Shown one piece after another: positions 30,003-41,939 of a stretch of DNA of 64,000 nucleotides. The stretch covers positions 183,054 through 247,053 of the forward strand of contig CBDFHE010000016.1 of the NCBI GenBank assembly GCA_965247455.1, given 5' to 3'. A program made the translations under genes and the position numbers. This DNA is from Candidatus Acidiferrales bacterium. GTDB taxonomy: Bacteria; Acidobacteriota; Terriglobia; Acidiferrales; 2-02-FULL-67-57. The notes below the pieces were generated by a model that was not told where the DNA came from, did no database searches, and worked only from the letters and a program-made list of their open reading frames with translations. How positions within the stretch are numbered: the stretch's first letter is position 1; each line of letters starts with the position of its first letter.

Positions 30003-31700
30003 ATGCCTGAGTCCACCGCAATCAACGCCGCCACCTACAAGCCGGTCAAGGCTCCGCGAGGAACGCAGCTCACTTGCCAGGGTTGGCACCAGGAAGCCGC
30101 CCGGCGCATGTTGATGAACAACCTCGACCCCGAAGTGGCCGAGCGGCCGGAAGAACTGATCGTCTATGGCGGCACCGGCAAGGCCGCGCGCAATTGGGAC
30201 TGCTTCCACGCCATCGTCCGTTCGCTGGAGAGCCTGCGCAACGACGAAACTTTGCTGGTCCAGTCCGGTAAGCCGGTGGGAATCTTCCGCACTCATGAGT
30301 GGGCGCCGCGCGTCCTGATTGCCAACGCCAACCTGGTGGGCCACTGGTCGCACTGGGAGCACTTCCGCGAGCTGGAGCGCGCCGGGCTGATGATGTACGG
30401 CCAGATGACCGCCGGCAGTTGGATCTACATCGGCACGCAGGGCATCGTCCAGGGCACGTTTGAGACTTTTGCCGCTGCCGGCCAGCGCCACTTTGGCGGC
30501 GACCTGCGCGGCAAGCTGATCGCCTCCGGCGGTCTGGGCGGAATGGGCGGCGCTCAACCGCTGGCCGCCACTATGAACGGCGCCTGCTTCCTCGGCATCG
30601 AAGTCGATCCCGCCCGCATCAAGCGCCGCGTCAAGAGCGGCTACTGCGACATCATGGTCAACGACCTCGACGAGGCGCTGCGCATCTTGAAGGAGAAGCT
30701 GCGGAAAAAGGAAGCGGTCTCGGTGGGCTTAGTAGGCAACTGCGCCGATCTGATTCCCGCGCTGGCCGAGCGCGGCATCGTCCCCGACCTGCTCACCGAC
30801 CAGACCAGCGCCCACGACCCGCTCAACGGCTACATCCCCAGCGGCCTGACGGTGGAGGCGGCAGCCGAGCTGCGCCGCAAAGATTCCGAAGGCTACCTGC
30901 AACGCTCGATGGACTCCATCGTCCGGCACGTGGAAGGGATGCTGCGCTTGCAGCGGCTGGGCGCGGTCACCTTCGATTACGGAAACAACATCCGCACCAT
31001 GGCCTACAAGCACGGGGTCAGCGAAGCCTACGCCTTCCCCAGTTTTGTGCCGGCCTACATTCGTCCTATGTTTTGCGCAGGGCGCGGGCCGTTCCGCTGG
31101 GTGGCGCTCTCGGGTGAGCCTGCCGACATCCACCGCACCGACAAGCTGGTGCTGGAACTCTTCCCGAAAGATGAAGTCCTGGCGCGTTGGATTCCGCTGG
31201 CGCAGAAGCGCATCAAGTTCCAGGGACTGCCGGCGCGCATCTGCTGGTTAGGCTACGGCGAGCGGGCCGAGTTCGGCCGGCGCATCAACGACCTGGTACG
31301 GCGCGGCGAACTCAAAGCGCCCATCGTCATCGGACGCGACCACCTTGACACCGGTTCGGTCGCCTCGCCCTTCCGCGAAACCGAAAAGATGAAAGACGGC
31401 AGTGACGCGGTCGCCGACTGGGCTTTGCTCAACGCGCTGCTCAATGCCGTCAGCGGCGCCAGTTGGGTTTCCATTCACAACGGCGGCGGCGTGGGCATCG
31501 GCTACTCGCAGCACGCCGGCCAAGTCATCGTCGCCGACGGCACTTCCGAAATGGACGTGCGCCTCGAGCGCGTGCTCACCAACGACCCCGGCATCGGCAT
31601 CGCCCGCCACGCCGACGCCGGTTACCCCGAAGCCCTCTCCTTTGCCCGCAAGAAAAACCTCAACCTCCCCATGCCTGAGCAATCAGACGAGAACGGGTAG
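30003..31700 (+). CDS. hutU: urocanate hydratase
   Basis: [41 protein letters not shown]. Confidence 0.96.
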   Translation: MPESTAINAATYKPVKAPRGTQLTCQGWHQEAARRMLMNNLDPEVAERPEELIVYGGTGKAARNWDCFHAIVRSLESLRNDETLLVQSGKPVGIFRTHEWAPRVLIANANLVGHWSHWEHFRELERAGLMMYGQMTAGSWIYIGTQGIVQGTFETFAAAGQRHFGGDLRGKLIASGGLGGMGGAQPLAATMNGACFLGIEVDPARIKRRVKSGYCDIMVNDLDEALRILKEKLRKKEAVSVGLVGNCADLIPALAERGIVPDLLTDQTSAHDPLNGYIPSGLTVEAAAELRRKDSEGYLQRSMDSIVRHVEGMLRLQRLGAVTFDYGNNIRTMAYKHGVSEAYAFPSFVPAYIRPMFCAGRGPFRWVALSGEPADIHRTDKLVLELFPKDEVLARWIPLAQKRIKFQGLPARICWLGYGERAEFGRRINDLVRRGELKAPIVIGRDHLDTGSVASPFRETEKMKDGSDAVADWALLNALLNAVSGASWVSIHNGGGVGIGYSQHAGQVIVADGTSEMDVRLERVLTNDPGIGIARHADAGYPEALSFARKKNLNLPMPEQSDENG

Positions 31701-31741
31701 GGCAAAGCTTGTTCCGCGAGAGAGCAGGAAGAAAAACCTCA

Positions 31742-31816
31742 GGGGCTAAAGCCCACCGTTCAGAGACTGGCTTTTGGCACGGCTAAAGCCCTGCCTGCGG
31801 CAGGCAGGCGTGCCCT
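31742..31816. repeat. GGGCTAAAGCCC / GGCACGGCTAAAGCCGTGCCC REP doublet with a 19-bp palindromic insert
   Basis: Insert CCTGCCTGCGGCAGGCAGG at 31790-31808. Confidence 0.65.
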
Positions 31817-31883
31817 GACAAGTCCATCACGACAGCAACGCAAGTTTGGAAGAGGTGCGGAGTTTATCCCCGTCACCCTATGT

Positions 31884-32402
31884 TCAGCCCACGGACTTCG
31901 GCCCGTGGGACGGTTTCTTCCGGCGCCTCGAGGAAGCTTTCTTTAGCACCACCTGGCGGCCGCCTTTTTGAAACTTCACTTCATCCATCAACTCGCGCAT
32001 GAGGAAGATTCCTCGCCCGTGCCCGGAGTAGATATTTTGGGCCTTGGTAGGGTCGGGAACAATCGAAGCGTCGAAGCCGGGTCCGAAGTCCCGCACCACC
32101 AGCAGCATCCTTTTGTCTTCCGTGCAGAGGCAGCAGACCCAAATCTGTTTCTCCGGGTCGCCCCGGCTGCCGTGCACCACGGCATTGATCAGCGCCTCGC
32201 GCAGCGCCAACTCCACCTTTTTGAGGTCCCCTTGGCGCACCCCATCGTCCGCGCGACCTTCAAGATGCGGCGAATCACCCGCTCGACGGCCGGAAGCGTG
32301 CTGGGGATGACCTGCCAGAAATGCAGGATCAACTCCTCGCGCGCAAACGGGCACCGAATCTTGCCGGACGACTTTCGCCGACGCTTTGCTGGCGTTACCC
32401 AC
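31884..32402 (-). pseudogene. RsbW-like anti-sigma factor/HATPase, frameshifted
   Basis: EALINAVVHG, VRDFGPGFD, GRGIFLM; the N-terminal IPSTLPAVERV segment is in another frame (G-run near 32230). Confidence 0.72.
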
Positions 32403-32632
32403 CTCGGGATTTTGCGCCTACCTGCGCAGACTGAGTCCTCCCAAAGCCGACCGCAAAGCTAGAACTTGGCTAAATTCTTTTCTGTAAACCTACGCGCAAA
32501 TGCAAGGAGGGGCATCCGACTTCCTTCCCTTTGGCGCTACTTCTGCTGCTATTCTAGACCTGCCATTCCTGATGTCAACCGGCGTAGAGACCGTTCCGCC
32601 GGGTTTGGCTTGATTAGGAAACACCAAAGACG

Positions 32633-35610
32633 ATGCCAACGCGCCCCTTCCTTCTCGCCCATTGCGGCCAGCTGCTGACGCTGCGCGGCCAGCGCCGCCC
32701 GCGTCGCCGACGCCAACTGGCTCGTTGGGTCTCATCCGCGATGGCGCAGTGCTCATGCAGGAGGGCCGCATTGTGGCCGTCGGCACGACGCGCGCGGTCG
32801 AGCGCCACCCGCTCGCTCGTCGCGCAAACAAATTCACTGCCCGCGAGCTGATCGTCCTGCCGGGTTTTGTCGATTCGCACACGCACTTACTCTTCCCCGC
32901 CAGCCGCGCCGACGAGTACGTGCAGCGCATTGCCGGCCTGTCCCGAGCGAAGTCGAGGGGCGCCAGCTACGAACAGATCGCCCGCCGCGGCGGCGGCATC
33001 CTCTCCACCGTCCGGAAGCTCCGCCGCGCTGACAATCAGAGCTTGCAGCAGCAAGCGCGGCGTTGGCTCGGCGAGTTTGCCACGCACGGCACCACGACGC
33101 TGGAAGCCAAGAGCGGCTACGGACTCAGCCTCGGAAGCGAACTCAAGATGCTGGAAATCCTGCGTCGCCTCAATCGCGAAGGCCCGCTCGAGCTGGTGGC
33201 CACGTTTCTGGGCGCGCACGTGGTGCCACCCGAGTACAAGCGCAAGCCGGATGCCTACCTGGACTTGTTGGTTCGGCGGATGATTCCCGCCGTGGCCGCG
33301 CGCGGGCTGGCCGAGTTCTGCGACATTTTTTGCGACCGCGGCGCCTTCATGCCTACGCAGGCGCGGCTCATCCTGACCGCCGCGCGTGTCTGCGGCATGG
33401 AACCGCGCCTGCACGCCGAGCAGTTGGCCCGCACCGGCGGCGCGCGGCTAGCGGTCCAACTCCACGTCGCCAGCGTGGACCATCTGGACCCGGATTTCCG
33501 ATTTGGCTGTGGTACCGTATCGCCAGGACCAGTCGCTGCGCCTTGAGTTTTGGGGCTCCGACGTAAGGAACCACACTACGGAGGGTGACACCCGGTGGGT
33601 GAATTACAACACGAGCCATTCCAGTTCGCGTTCAACGGCTTCTTGAAAGTCGCGTTCCAGGGATCGCGCGTCACTTCTGACGCTGGCCTCATTCTGGTGC
33701 GCGAGTTGGATGAACGTCTGGGGCTGGAGACACTCATTGCCGAGCACCTGAGCGATTCCCGACAGGGGATGAACACCCAGTTCAGCGTGGTGGATCTCCT
33801 GCGGCAGTCGGTCTACAGTCGCCTCGCGGGCTACGAAGATCTCAACGACGCGGGGCGCGTGTCGGCAGACCCAACATTTCGTCTCATCGGGTCGCCAAAG
33901 CGCTGGGACCGGGGTGCGGCGCTGACATCGACGCTGCATTGGTTCGAGACAGAGCTGCTGACCCACGAGGAGAATCTCGTCGGGTTGAGGGCCGTGAACC
34001 GGGAGGTGCTTGCACAGGCCGAGATGGCGACGCGCGCCGACCGGATCGTGCTCGACATGGATTCGAGCGAGAGCCCGGTGCATGGGGCGCAGGAAGGGAG
34101 CGCCTATAACGGGCACTTCGAGTCCGTCTGCTACCACCCGCTGTTTCTGTTCACCGAGCATGGGGACTGCCTCGCCGCCACGCTGCGGCCAGGCAACGTG
34201 CATAGCGCCGACGACTGGGACGACCTGCTCGTACCGGAGATTGACCGGCAGCAGGTGGAGGGCAAGCGCGTAGCGTTCCGCGCAGACGCCGCGTTCGCGA
34301 AGCCCGAGATCTACGACGCGCTCGAGCAGCGCGACGTGGACTATGCCATTCGCATGCCGGCGAACAAGAGCTTGGAGCTGGAAATCGAAGACATCCTCTT
34401 TCGTCCGCCGGGACGGCCGAGCTGCAAGCCCTTGGTGCGCTACCAGAGTTTCCGCTATCAGGCCAAGAGCTGGACCACGCCCAGACGGATCGTCGCCAAG
34501 GTGGAGAGCACCACCAAGGTGAGCTGTTCCCTCGCGTCGGCTTCATCGTGACCAACATGGCCCTCCCGAGCCGCTCGGTCGTGCGGTTTTACAACAAGCG
34601 CGGTACGGCGGAGCAATGGATCAAGGAAGGCAAGCAGGCCACCCACTGGACGCGGCTGTCGTGCCATCGTTTCCGGGCGAACGAGGTGCGCCTGCAACTG
34701 AGCGTCCTGGCCTACAATCTGGGCAACTTGTGGCGCAGACTGGTCCTTCCGCTGCGGGTCAAGCGCTGGTCGCTCACGAGTCTCCAGCAGCGACTGGTGA
34801 AAACTGGGGGCCGGCTGGTGAAGCATGCGCGGTACTACTGGCTTCTGCTGGCGGAAGGGCATCTCACGCGGCGGCTGTTCGGCGACATGCTGCGGAGGAT
34901 CTGGGCGCTACCCGTGCCGGCAGGCTGACGCGCGGCCTGAAGTGCAACGAAGCCCGCCCGGCGATGACACGGGGCACACGTGTGGAGCGGTGTCTGAGAA
35001 ATGCCCGAAAAGCAGGGGTTCCAGTCGGTCGCACGTCGGCGCGGGCTCAGATGAAGGCCTTTGAAGCTGAGCGATTGTGCGACGATCGAAGTTTTTGTGC
35101 GATCGGCGGCGATCGGGTGTATAAACGTGCCATCAGGGGCAGGCAAAACGGAAATCCCGGCTGGAACGCATCAACCGCGCCGACATTCGGGCACTGGGGG
35201 CCTCCGACACCATCTGCACGCTGCTGCCGGGGGCGGTCTTCCACCTCGGCAAGTCAACCTACGCGCCCGCGCGCGCTCTCATCGATGCTGGTGCTGCCGT
35301 GGCTCTCGCCACCGACTTCAACCCCGGCACCTCGCCCACCGTCTCCATGCCGATGATTCTCTCGCTGGCCTGCACGCAGATGCGGATGTCTCCGGCGGAA
35401 GCCATCGCCGCCGCCACCATCAACGGCGCTCACGCCCTGCGGCGCGCCGACCGCCTGGGCTCGCTCGAAGCTGGCAAGCAGGCCGACCTGTGCGCCTTTG
35501 AGCTTTCCGATTACCGCGAAATCCCGTATTATTTCGGAGTTAATTTTTGTCGGTTGACTATCAAGCGGGGACAGGTGATCCATGACGCCAGCGGGCGATT
35601 CCAAACCTGA
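32633..35610 (+). pseudogene. hutI: imidazolonepropionase, frameshifted near 32720 and split by IS1380
   Basis: PGFVDSHTH, EAKSGYG, HAEQL, VDHLE|RIN, ATDFNPG. Confidence 0.92.
33489..35160 (+). mobile_element. IS1380-family element, copy 4, transposase frameshifted
   Basis: 1672 bp; TSD CTGGA; extra AG near 34506. Confidence 0.94.
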
Positions 35611-35815
35611 GCGGCCGCTCGACTTCCACCACTGGCTGGCGTCGCGCGGAATGAACCCCAACCGCCGCCGCCCGCTCGGCCGCCAGGCCGCTCTGCTGAT
35701 CGAGTACCGCGCCTACCTGGAACGCCAGGTGGGCAAAGAAAACGTCAGCGTCTGGTTCGAGAAGTACGGCAAGAAAACCGAAGTGGCCTCGGCCCCAACC
35801 GAAAAATCTCACTGA
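35582..35815 (+). CDS. hypothetical protein, 77 aa
   Basis: Host-like codon usage; lies between hutI and ftcD. Confidence 0.5.
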   Translation: MTPAGDSKPERPLDFHHWLASRGMNPNRRRPLGRQAALLIEYRAYLERQVGKENVSVWFEKYGKKTEVASAPTEKSH

Positions 35816-35824
35816 GGAGTCCCT

Positions 35825-37336
35825 GTGCCTGCATCTCTGGTTGAGTGTGTCCCCAACTTCAGCGAAGGGCGCGACCCCGCCAAGGTGGAGGCCCTCGTCA
35901 ATGCCCTGCTCTCGGTTCCGGGCGTCTCCTTGCTCGACCGGGAGATGGACGCCGACCACAACCGCTGCGTCATTACCATCGTCGGCCCCCGGGATGCCAT
36001 TGGCGAGGCCGCCCTGCGCGGCGTGGGCAAGGCCGCCGAGCTGATCGACCTGACCAAACATCAGGGCGCGCATCCGCGCATGGGCGCCGCCGACGTCATC
36101 CCGTTTATCCCCATCGAAGGCGTGACCATCCAGGACTGCGTCGAGCTGGCCCGGCAGGTGGGCGAGCAAATCTGGAAACGCCACCAGGTCCCCGTCTATT
36201 TCTACGAGGAAGCCGCCACCCGCCCGGAGCGCACCAATCTGGAGAACATCCGCCGCGGACAGTTCGAGGGCCTGCGCGAGGAAGTCGTCACCAACCCGGA
36301 GCGCGCGCCCGACATTGGTGAGCCGCGCCTGCACCCCACCGCCGGCGCCACTGTGGTCGGTGCGCGGAAGTTCCTGATCGCTTACAACATCAACCTGAAC
36401 ACCAGCGACGTGAGTATCGCCAAGAAAATCGGCAAGGCCATCCGCTTTTCCGGCGGCGGCCTGCGCTACGTCAAGGCCATGGGCGTGGACCTGAAGGCGC
36501 GCAACCTGGCCCAGGTTTCCATGAACCTCACCGACTTTGAGTGCACTCCCATCTTCCGCGTCTTCGAGATGGTCAAGCGCGAAGCCGAACGCTATGGCGC
36601 TTCCATTGTGGGCAGCGAGATCGTGGGCCTAATCCCCAAGCGCGCGCTGGAAGCCACCAGCGACTTCTTCTTGCAATTGGAGAGCTTTGACCCGCAGCAA
36701 CAGATTCTGGAAAACCGTCTGGCGGCTGTGCTGGCTGAAGAAAAGCAGGCCAGCTTGGCGGCGCAGGCGGAAGGATTTGTGGAAGCGGTGGCGGCACCGA
36801 CGGCGACACCGGGCGGAGGTTCCTGCGCCGCGCTGTCGGGCGCGTTGGCCGCCGGGCTGGGACAGATGGTGGCCGGGCTTTCTGCTGGCAAGAAGTCCTG
36901 CGCGGAAAACGCCGATGAGCTCAAGCAGCGCGCTTGCGAGCTGGCAGGACTCAAACAGCAACTCCAGAGCGCGATTGACCGCGACGCCGCTGCTTTCGAG
37001 TCGGTCATGGGCGCCTACAAACTTCCCAAAGTCACCGAGGCGGAAAAGAAAAGTCGCCGCAAGGCAATCGAGCAGGCCACCCACACCGTCACCGAGGTGC
37101 CGCTGGAAGTTGCGCAAGCTGCGACTACCGTGCTGGACCACCTGCGCCGCCTGGCTTCCATCGGCAGTCCTTCTATGGCTTCGGACGTGAAGACCGGCGA
37201 GCATTTGGCCGTGGCCGCCCTGCGCGGAGCGTTGGAGAATGTCAAAATCAATCTCGACTCCATCCAGGACCAGAGCTTCCGCGAGCGTGTTCGCGACCAG
37301 GCAACCCAGTTGGAGGCCGTTTCAGCCGGCAAGTAG
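35825..37336 (+). CDS. ftcD: glutamate formimidoyltransferase/cyclodeaminase
   Basis: ECVPNFSEGR, DADHNR, HPRMGA, TPGGGS. Confidence 0.93.
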   Translation: MPASLVECVPNFSEGRDPAKVEALVNALLSVPGVSLLDREMDADHNRCVITIVGPRDAIGEAALRGVGKAAELIDLTKHQGAHPRMGAADVIPFIPIEGVTIQDCVELARQVGEQIWKRHQVPVYFYEEAATRPERTNLENIRRGQFEGLREEVVTNPERAPDIGEPRLHPTAGATVVGARKFLIAYNINLNTSDVSIAKKIGKAIRFSGGGLRYVKAMGVDLKARNLAQVSMNLTDFECTPIFRVFEMVKREAERYGASIVGSEIVGLIPKRALEATSDFFLQLESFDPQQQILENRLAAVLAEEKQASLAAQAEGFVEAVAAPTATPGGGSCAALSGALAAGLGQMVAGLSAGKKSCAENADELKQRACELAGLKQQLQSAIDRDAAAFESVMGAYKLPKVTEAEKKSRRKAIEQATHTVTEVPLEVAQAATTVLDHLRRLASIGSPSMASDVKTGEHLAVAALRGALENVKINLDSIQDQSFRERVRDQATQLEAVSAGK

Positions 37337-37483
37337 ACAAGTGCGCGGAGTTTCGTCCGGCAAAGCAGCCTGCCGACTCATGCGAGCATCTTAGGAGTAG
37401 GTGGCTGAAGAGGATTTCCACCGAATAATACTAATGACGCAACCAAACGCCTCCAACCACTGCCGCCGGAGCCAGAACCCAAG

Positions 37484-38452
37484 ATGAACCGCAAAACAAA
37501 ACTCGCTCTCCTTTTCTCTCTCGTGCTGTTGCTGGCAGCTCCCGCCGCGGCAAGCTCCTTGCGCGCCGACATTCTCTACCTGTTGCCACGCGAGAGTGGC
37601 GAGATCGCGTTTGTGGATTTGCAGGAAGTGCGTCGCTCCCCGCATTACCAGACCATCAAGCGGCGCGTGGTTCCGCAACGCTTCGCTCAGTTTGAGCGCT
37701 TTATTCGTTCGCTCGGCATTGATGTCGATACCGACCTCGACTGGATTTCCTGGATTCAGGTGGCGCCCGGCCGCGCGCATCCCCGCGAGCTTTTTTTCGG
37801 CATTGCCGAGGGGCGATTCCAGCCTGAGAAAGTAGAAGAGTACTTCCGGAAGCAAAAGCTCCCGGTGGAGAGCTACCGCGGCCAGACCCTATATCCTTTT
37901 GGCAGCGGGGCCGGGCCGGATCAATTCCTGTTGGCTTTCCTCGACAGCTCCACCGCCGTGTTCGGCACGCGACCGAGTTTGGAGCTGTTGCTGGAAACGC
38001 GCTTCGGCGGCCGCGAAAACATCTTCCAGAACGAGACTCTCTCCGCCCGCATCAGCGAAGTCAACGGCCACAACCCGATTTGGATTGTCATGGACGACTA
38101 CTATACGCGCTTGGCCGTCCGCCAACTGGTGCCGGAAGCGACCAAGTTCCCCGGCTTCGACGGCCTGGCCAATCGCTTCCGCTCCGCCTTTCTCCGAGCG
38201 GATATCGGGAGCGAGTTGACCCTTGAGTTCCACGCCTGGTGCGGCGGCGCCATTGACGCGCAGGCGTTTTCGCTCTTGCTGCAAACCGGATTGTGGGTGC
38301 AGGGCGGTCGCTTGCAGGAATCGAACCCGGAACTCAGCGCCGTCTTGGACCGCGCCAACGTGAGCAGCGCGGGCGACCGCCTGCTGGTCCGTCTGAGCGC
38401 GCGCGAGGACGAGTTGCGCGCCCTGCTCGACCGCCCCGTCAAGCTCTTCTAA
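37484..38452 (+). CDS. secreted hypothetical protein
   Basis: Signal peptide; 322 aa with host-like codon usage. Confidence 0.7.
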   Translation: MNRKTKLALLFSLVLLLAAPAAASSLRADILYLLPRESGEIAFVDLQEVRRSPHYQTIKRRVVPQRFAQFERFIRSLGIDVDTDLDWISWIQVAPGRAHPRELFFGIAEGRFQPEKVEEYFRKQKLPVESYRGQTLYPFGSGAGPDQFLLAFLDSSTAVFGTRPSLELLLETRFGGRENIFQNETLSARISEVNGHNPIWIVMDDYYTRLAVRQLVPEATKFPGFDGLANRFRSAFLRADIGSELTLEFHAWCGGAIDAQAFSLLLQTGLWVQGGRLQESNPELSAVLDRANVSSAGDRLLVRLSAREDELRALLDRPVKLF

Positions 38453-38468
38453 GACTTCTCTATTGATT

Positions 38469-39446
38469 CTACTTCTGCGGCGCGGGATCGCCCGGCTTGC
38501 GGTCGGGCGGATTCTTGATGCGCACCAGGCTGTAGGGGCGCTGCTTGATGGTGTCGGTAAACTCGCGGATGTTTTCCGACGAGACGCGGAAATTCTCCAG
38601 GCTGACGTCCAGGTGCTGGCGATTGGCCACTAGCAGTCGGCGCACCTCGTCCAGAGTTTGCTCGGCGCGGGTCAGCGTGTGCCGAAGATTTCGCAGCGCC
38701 TGCTGCACTTCGGCATCCTCTCCACTGGTAAGCCCGCTCCAACTGGCCAGGAGTTGATCGAGCGCTTCGCGCGTGCTCTGAATATCGCCCATGAACTGGT
38801 CGATCTTGGCGCTAGCGCTGTCCACGTGTGCGAGCGCGGAACGGATTTGCGGCCGCGCCTCCGTGACCATCTCATCCATTTGCGACAATAGTCTCTCCAG
38901 ATGCCGACGGTTCTCCTCCCCGGTCAGCTCTGCCACATTGTCCAGCACTTGGTTCAGCCGCGGCCCGGCATCGCTCAGCACGCCTTCCACCTCGCCGGCG
39001 ATGACGCCGACGCGATTGACCAACTGCGTCCACTGGACTAATTCTTTCACTTGAATCTCGCCGCCGGCTGGGAGTGGGGAAGCCTCGAGGCTGCCGGGAT
39101 AAATCTCAACGTAGTTTTCCCCCAGCATGCCCAGCGCGCTCACCTGGGCCTTGCTGTTGGTCCGCACCGGAGTCTTGGGGTCCACGATGATCGCAATGAC
39201 GACGCGAGTGGGGTCGTCCGGGTCGAATCGCGTTCCCTCCACTCGCCCTACTTTGATTCCGGCGTAGCGCACCGGAGCGCCGGTGTCCAGCCCGCCGGCA
39301 AAGCGGGTGCGTAGGGTGTAGGTGTTCATCGGTTTTTGCAAAATATTGAACCCGCCCACCAGCGCCAGGGTCAGCAGCAGCAGCGCAACCGTGGCAAGGA
39401 CGAACAATCCGACTTTCACTTCTTCGCTTCGGTTCATGGTTGTCAC
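38469..39446 (-). CDS. MCE/MlaD family protein
   Basis: KVGLFV, GLDTGAPVRYAGIKVGRV, LGENYVEI, long helical tail. Confidence 0.9.
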   Translation of the reverse strand: MTTMNRSEEVKVGLFVLATVALLLLTLALVGGFNILQKPMNTYTLRTRFAGGLDTGAPVRYAGIKVGRVEGTRFDPDDPTRVVIAIIVDPKTPVRTNSKAQVSALGMLGENYVEIYPGSLEASPLPAGGEIQVKELVQWTQLVNRVGVIAGEVEGVLSDAGPRLNQVLDNVAELTGEENRRHLERLLSQMDEMVTEARPQIRSALAHVDSASAKIDQFMGDIQSTREALDQLLASWSGLTSGEDAEVQQALRNLRHTLTRAEQTLDEVRRLLVANRQHLDVSLENFRVSSENIREFTDTIKQRPYSLVRIKNPPDRKPGDPAPQK

Positions 39447-39462
39447 CTCGCTGCGAGTGGAC

Positions 39463-41935
39463 TCAAAACCCGGCCGTGAGCGAACGCAGATAAGCTTCCC
39501 GGTCGCGCATCTGTTCCTCCGGCACCCGGTTCAGGAACTGTTGCACCCGCGGATGCGAAACCTGTTGGATCTCGTCGGGGGTTCCTAGGGCGATCACCTC
39601 TCCTTCGTGCAGCATGGCGATTCGGTCCGCAATCTGGAAAGCGCTCACCAGCTCGTGCGTCACCACCACCATCGTCAAGGGAAAAGTCTTCTTCAGGTTC
39701 AAGATCAACGCGTCGATGCCCGCAGCGGTGATGGGGTCGAGCCCGGCCGAGGGCTCATCGAAGAGCAGGATCTCGGGATCCATGGCCAGGGCGCGCGCCA
39801 GCCCCGCGCGTTTGCGCATGCCTCCGCTGAGCTGCGCGGGCATGTAGTCGTCAAAACCTGTCAACCCCACCAAGTCGAGCTTCATCCGCACCATGATTTG
39901 AACCCGGATTTCCGATTTGGCTGTGGTACCGTATCGCCAGGACCAGTCGCTGCGCCTTGAGTTTTGGGGCTCCGACGTAAGGAACCACACTACGGAGGGT
40001 GACACCCGGTGGGTGAATTACAACACGAGCCATTCCAGTTCGCGTTCAACGGCTTCTTGAAAGTCGCGTTCCAGGGATCGCGCGTCACTTCTGACGCTGG
40101 CCTCATTCTGGTGCGCGAGTTGGATGAACGTCTGGGGCTGGAGACACTCATCGCCGAGCACCTGAGCGATTCCCGACAGGGGATGAACACCCAGTTCAGC
40201 GTGGTGGATCTCCTGCGGCAGTCGGTCTACAGTCGCCTCGCGGGCTACGAAGATCTCAACGACGCGGGGCGCGTGTCGGCAGACCCAACATTTCGTCTCA
40301 TCGGGTCGCCAAAGCGCTGGGACCGGGGTGCGGCGCTGACATCGACGCTGCATTGGTTCGAGACAGAGCTGCTGACCCACGAGGAGAATCTCGTCGGGTT
40401 GAGGGCCGTGAACCGGGAGGTGCTTGCACAGGCCGAGATGGCGACGCGCGCCGACCGGATCGTGCTCGACATGGATTCGAGCGAGAGCCCGGTGCATGGG
40501 GCGCAGGAAGGGAGCGCCTATAACGGGCACTTCGAGTCCGTCTGCTACCACCCGCTGTTTCTGTTCACCGAGCATGGGGACTGCCTCGCCGCCACGCTGC
40601 GGCCAGGCAACGTGCATAGCGCCGACGACTGGGACGACCTGCTCGTACCGGAGATTGACCGGCAGCAGGTGGAGGGCAAGCGCGTAGCGTTCCGCGCAGA
40701 CGCCGCGTTCGCGAAGCCCGAGATCTACGACGCGCTCGAGCAGCGCGACGTGGACTATGCCATTCGCATGCCGGCGAACAAGAGCTTGGAGCTGGAAATC
40801 GAAGACATCCTCTTTCGTCCGCCGGGACGGCCGAGCTGCAAGCCCTTGGTGCGCTACCAGAGTTTCCGCTATCAGGCCAAGAGCTGGACCACGCCCAGAC
40901 GGATCGTCGCCAAGGTGGAGCACCACCAAGGTGAGCTGTTCCCTCGCGTCGGCTTCATCGTGACCAACATGGCCCTCCCGAGCCGCTCGGTCGTGCGGTT
41001 TTACAACAAGCGCGGTACGGCGGAGCAATGGATCAAGGAAGGCAAGCAGGCCACCCACTGGACGCGGCTGTCGTGCCATCGTTTCCGGGCGAACGAGGTG
41101 CGCCTGCAACTGAGCGTCCTGGCCTACAATCTGGGCAACTTGTGGCGCAGACTGGTCCTTCCGCTGCGGGTCAAGCGCTGGTCGCTCACGAGTCTCCAGC
41201 AGCGACTGGTGAAAACTGGGGGCCGGCTGGTGAAGCATGCGCGGTACTACTGGCTTCTGCTGGCGGAAGGGCATCTCACGCGGCGGCTGTTCGGCGACAT
41301 GCTGCGGAGGATCTGGGCGCTACCCGTGCCGGCAGGCTGACGCGCGGCCTGAAGTGCAACGAAGCCCGCCCGGCGATGACACGGGGCACACGTGTGGAGC
41401 GGTGTCTGAGAAATGCCCGAAAAGCAGGGGTTCCAGTCGGTCGCACGTCGGCGCGGGCTCAGATGAAGGCCTTTGAAGCTGAGCGATTGTGCGACGATCG
41501 AAGTTTTTGTGCGATCGGCGGCGATCGGGTGTATAAACGTGCCATCAGGGGCAGGCAAAACGGAAATCCCGGTTGAATAGTGGATTCCTCCAGCTTGGTC
41601 AGCTCGCGCAGCGGCAAGGCAACGTTGTCAGCCAGCGTCATGGAGCCGAACAGTGCTCCGCTCTGAAACAACACTCCCATCCGGCGCCGCACTCGATTCA
41701 ACTCCTCTTCACTGGCCCGGCAGGTGTCGATCCCGTTGATGAACACGTGCCCCTCGGAGGGCCTCTCCAAGGCCAGGATGTGGCGCAGCAGAGTGCTCTT
41801 GCCGGTACCGCTCGCCCCCAGCAACACCAGGGTTTCCCGGGGGCGGATTTGCAGGTTGATGTTGCTCAGGATGCGCCGCGTCCCGTAGTGGGTAGTGAGA
41901 CCTTCAATGCGGATGACGGCGTCGGTCGCGTCCAT
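39463..41935 (-). pseudogene. MlaF-like ABC ATPase split by IS1380
   Basis: GASGTGKS, then LSGGMRKR and FDEPSAGLD; frame restored at ESTIQ|IMVRMK. Confidence 0.9.
39903..41572 (+). mobile_element. IS1380-family element, copy 5 (transposase 40009..41340)
   Basis: 1670 bp; TSD TTGAA. Confidence 0.95.
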
Positions 41936-41939
41936 CGCT

